Below are positions 61,224 to 64,000 of a DNA stretch of 64,000 bases, piece after piece. The DNA comes from Porphyridium purpureum (lineage: Eukaryota). The DNA lies in NCBI GenBank assembly GCA_008690995.1, contig VRMN01000002.1, positions 1,488,001 through 1,552,000 of the forward strand, read 5' to 3'. The notes beneath the pieces were generated by a model that saw nothing but the letters and a program-made list of their open reading frames with translations, made no database searches and had not been told where the DNA came from. Position numbers and translations under genes: made by a program. Position 1 is the first letter of the stretch, and each line of letters starts with the position of its first letter.

Positions 61224-61916
61224 TTACTTCTCCGCTGGGACAATGCATTCCTCTTCGCACGACGCGTCCTTCAACCGCTGCTCGCGCTCTCGCACAAGGT
61301 CGGCAAGATCCTTTCTGCCCGTGAAACGGAGTCGGTAGTCTGCCCATACATCATACAGTTTGGCTGCCAAAAACCCGAACAATGGGATCTTGGTAATGGC
61401 GTACACGTAGCCCAGACCAATTTCTTCGTACACCTTGCGGAAAACCGGCACACCTTCAAGCACCGTACCGTCGCGAAGGATGCCGTGAATTCTGCGCATG
61501 GCCAGCTCGTACGAGAGGCCGGCGTTGTCCTCGGGTGAATACGAGTCCGACGCGATGTCCACAAACAAGATGTGATTGTTGACGTCGCGGCGCTGCAAAA
61601 AGTTCACCTCTCGCATGCACAGCACGCACTCCGAGTCGTAGAGCAACCTGACCTTCCATTCGCTGTCATTCCTCTCCGCCACAGCTGGGCGCTTCGTGTC
61701 CGTTTCAGCAAGCGATGCCATTCTCCGCACCGTCAGTGGGCGAGCCAGCGCTCGCACTGGCTTCCAGCCGGTCATGTTCAACACCAGCCTGTGCTCTCGG
61801 CGCGGAACACCTTTGAAGTCGCGCCTCGCCGCGCCATACGCAGACACCGCCGTGTGTGACGCGACACCATTCAACTGCCGGCGCACCGCCGCAGACCCAG
61901 TCACAAATGCCATCAT
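61224..61916 (-). CDS. DCC1/DUF393 thiol-disulfide oxidoreductase-like protein, organelle-targeted
   Basis: MMAFV transit-like start; LLYDSECVLC (DxxCxxC), AMRRIHG, LYDVWADYRL. Confidence 0.88.
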   Translation of the reverse strand: MMAFVTGSAAVRRQLNGVASHTAVSAYGAARRDFKGVPRREHRLVLNMTGWKPVRALARPLTVRRMASLAETDTKRPAVAERNDSEWKVRLLYDSECVLCMREVNFLQRRDVNNHILFVDIASDSYSPEDNAGLSYELAMRRIHGILRDGTVLEGVPVFRKVYEEIGLGYVYAITKIPLFGFLAAKLYDVWADYRLRFTGRKDLADLVREREQRLKDASCEEECIVPAEK

Positions 61917-62291
61917 GCCTTCACGCAACTTCATTCCTCCGACCCTCACCTCTTTGATGTCCGCCCGTCTCTGATGCAGGTCTTCACCTTGCTCACCTTC
62001 CACACAGAGTCTCTCCACCCCCTTAAAAAAAAGCAAACCGTGCGCCGTTTCATGTAGAGGTACTGCACCGAGTTTGAATTGACATGGACGCGCACCGCCC
62101 GTCCTTTTCAGACGGCACACGATGCACGAACTTGTCCGGAAGCTACGGCCCGCGAATGTGAAGCAGCAACTCGAAACGGTCTGTCACCCGCATGTTTGAC
62201 GCCTACCGTCTGCACATGGCATGCACTCTCTTGCTTCCCACAACCACCCCCCACAGCCACGCTCAACCTCGAGCTTCATGCACAAGGCACC

Positions 62292-62315
62292 TACCGGTTA
62301 CCGGTTACCGGTTAC
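62292..62315. repeat. Tandem 7-mer (TACCGGT)x3.4
   Basis: taccggt taccggt taccggt tac; each unit contains the palindrome ACCGGT. Confidence 0.8.
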
Positions 62316-63542
62316 GCTTTGAACCGATTAACCGCTTTATACGCGTCTGAGCAGAAGCGCGCTTTTTAGTATGACACATGTACCGCCTAACTGTACTTGG
62401 TTCATCGGGAGATGGACGCCACATGTGTCCGTGGGGCATCAAAGTGGAGGCGTGTTTGCTGAGAGGTTGGAAAAGTTGCTAGCGCAGCGCGACGGGCACA
62501 TGGGTCCTGGTGACCGAACGCGTGCAAAATGCAATGGTCATGGCTATTTCACGCCAGCCTAACTATGTTGGTCTCTGAACAGGAAGCCGGAGAGGCTTGT
62601 GCGGTAGCAGCGACGTTCCGTGGCAGATCATTCTGGCTTCGAGGAGTACCCTTCCGTTGGTCGGCGGGCCGTGGCTCGTAGTGCATTGTTTATGAGCAGA
62701 CGGCTCTTCTCAGCATTCAGGCATGTCGATGGTGAAGAGCGCATGCTGGCGCAAGAGCTACCATGAAGATCGCAGAACGAGCAAACAGTTGAAGACGCCA
62801 ACGAGCGGTGGCAGACGGGCATCGCCTGATTCAATGTGTGCAGGCATCTACATGAAAGGGCGTCAACATGAAATGTGCATCATCGCTATACCTCATCACT
62901 GACTTCGAATGCATAAGTGCGGTGGCTATCTCGAAGCAGGTTGCCTCATGTTGACGAGCGCGTGCCTTGATGGCGTACACAAACTCTTCACATGGTGATT
63001 CTTGGTTAAAGCCGGAAACCACTCTTTATGACTGCGACCTTGATTATCACGGCAATGACAGTGATTAGCGGACACTGGTGCACCTCTTCGCACAGAGCAA
63101 ATCTAAAGTTGAAAATATATATTACCGCAGAAGCGGTGCGCACCGAGCACGCTCAGCTTGACAACAGGGTTTGGAAAGTACAGCAATGGCTCTGCAGAAG
63201 CTAAGGAAAAGGACAAGCTGCCAAAACATATTCCCTAGTCGGAGCCAGAACCACGCACGGTTCTGGCTGTCTCTTGGGCTTTGCATATTTGCATGATTAT
63301 TCACGTGGTTCTTGTCCACACCTGGGGAAACCAAAACTGTGCTGAAAACGCTCAATAAAACGACTGAGGTCACAAGAGAAATGTAGGCGCCGACTGACAC
63401 TTACCCAAATGAGGCCTTGTAGAGCGAGGTTTCGGCATGCATCGCGCGAAATTCTTATTGTTTGTCTTTTCCAGATTTGCGATGGTCAGGTGACTGGTGC
63501 TGCTCAGCTAGACCACAGGTTTGCTCCGCCACCCGTGCGAGG

Positions 63543-63582
63543 CAAGCTCGGGCGAGCACCAAGCTCGGGCGAGCACCAAGCT
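63543..63582. repeat. 17-bp tandem duplication CAAGCTCGGGCGAGCAC x2 plus partial copy
   Basis: Exact copies at 63543-63559 and 63560-63576; internal inverted repeat GCTCG/CGAGC. Confidence 0.8.
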
Positions 63583-64000
63583 TGAACTCGGATGCTCGCC
63601 GACTCAAACCAGACACACAGCTCCGCTCACACTGCGCTGGAAGATAAATTGCGTAAGCTATGTCTGTGTCTCTTGCTTTCTCCCCGGACGCTATAACAAA
63701 GTCCAACGATTCTGTTCAATTCCTCGCTCTCCTTCCCCCGGGGCAACACGGAAATAGCACAACGGGTGTTCAGCGTATGCTTCAACTCAAGATCAGACGG
63801 TCTATTCGCCGCGATGCTTGAGTCCGACCATCTTGCGCTTCAGAGCAAGGCGAAACAATGGAACGCAGTGCGGAAGTGAAATGCCAACCATATGGCGCAC
63901 CGTGCTGTTCTTGCCGATACTGCTAGGACTCTAGCTGATGGGCAACAGCTTGGCTGGTGTCACGACTGCTGCTGCTCGCGTGCTGTGAGTCTTCGCCCTC

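Noticed and set aside
63543..63582. CRISPR-like palindromic direct repeat
   Set aside because: Only two adjacent copies, no spacers, no cas genes, eukaryotic context

Overview
Gene-dense eukaryotic nuclear DNA with about 29 protein-coding genes, none of which needs an intron to read as a complete ORF. Several genes have MAF/MSAF-type plastid transit peptides, and HslU and a beta-amylase are present. This points to a unicellular red alga, plausibly Porphyridium-like (inference). Housekeeping genes include PRP22, RRP5, UTP12, poly(A) polymerase, DHPS, NFU1, CMC2, HslU, GAD, CorA, a phosphohexomutase and an SDP1-like lipase. Three things stand out. (1) At 8.6-11.5 kb, two small head-to-head ORFs of 104 and 108 aa are paralogues of only the N-terminal presequence-like leader and acidic linker of the adjacent peroxiredoxin gene; in the closer copy the shared residues often use synonymous codons, and the downstream catalytic part has decayed in both. 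(2) That peroxiredoxin is fused to a thioredoxin domain. (3) A predicted plastid-targeted SufE-MnmA fusion suggests a built-in sulfur relay for tRNA 2-thiolation. I recognised no rRNA, tRNA, CRISPR array or intact transposon. All calls come from motif recognition by eye, and start codons are my best ATG choices.
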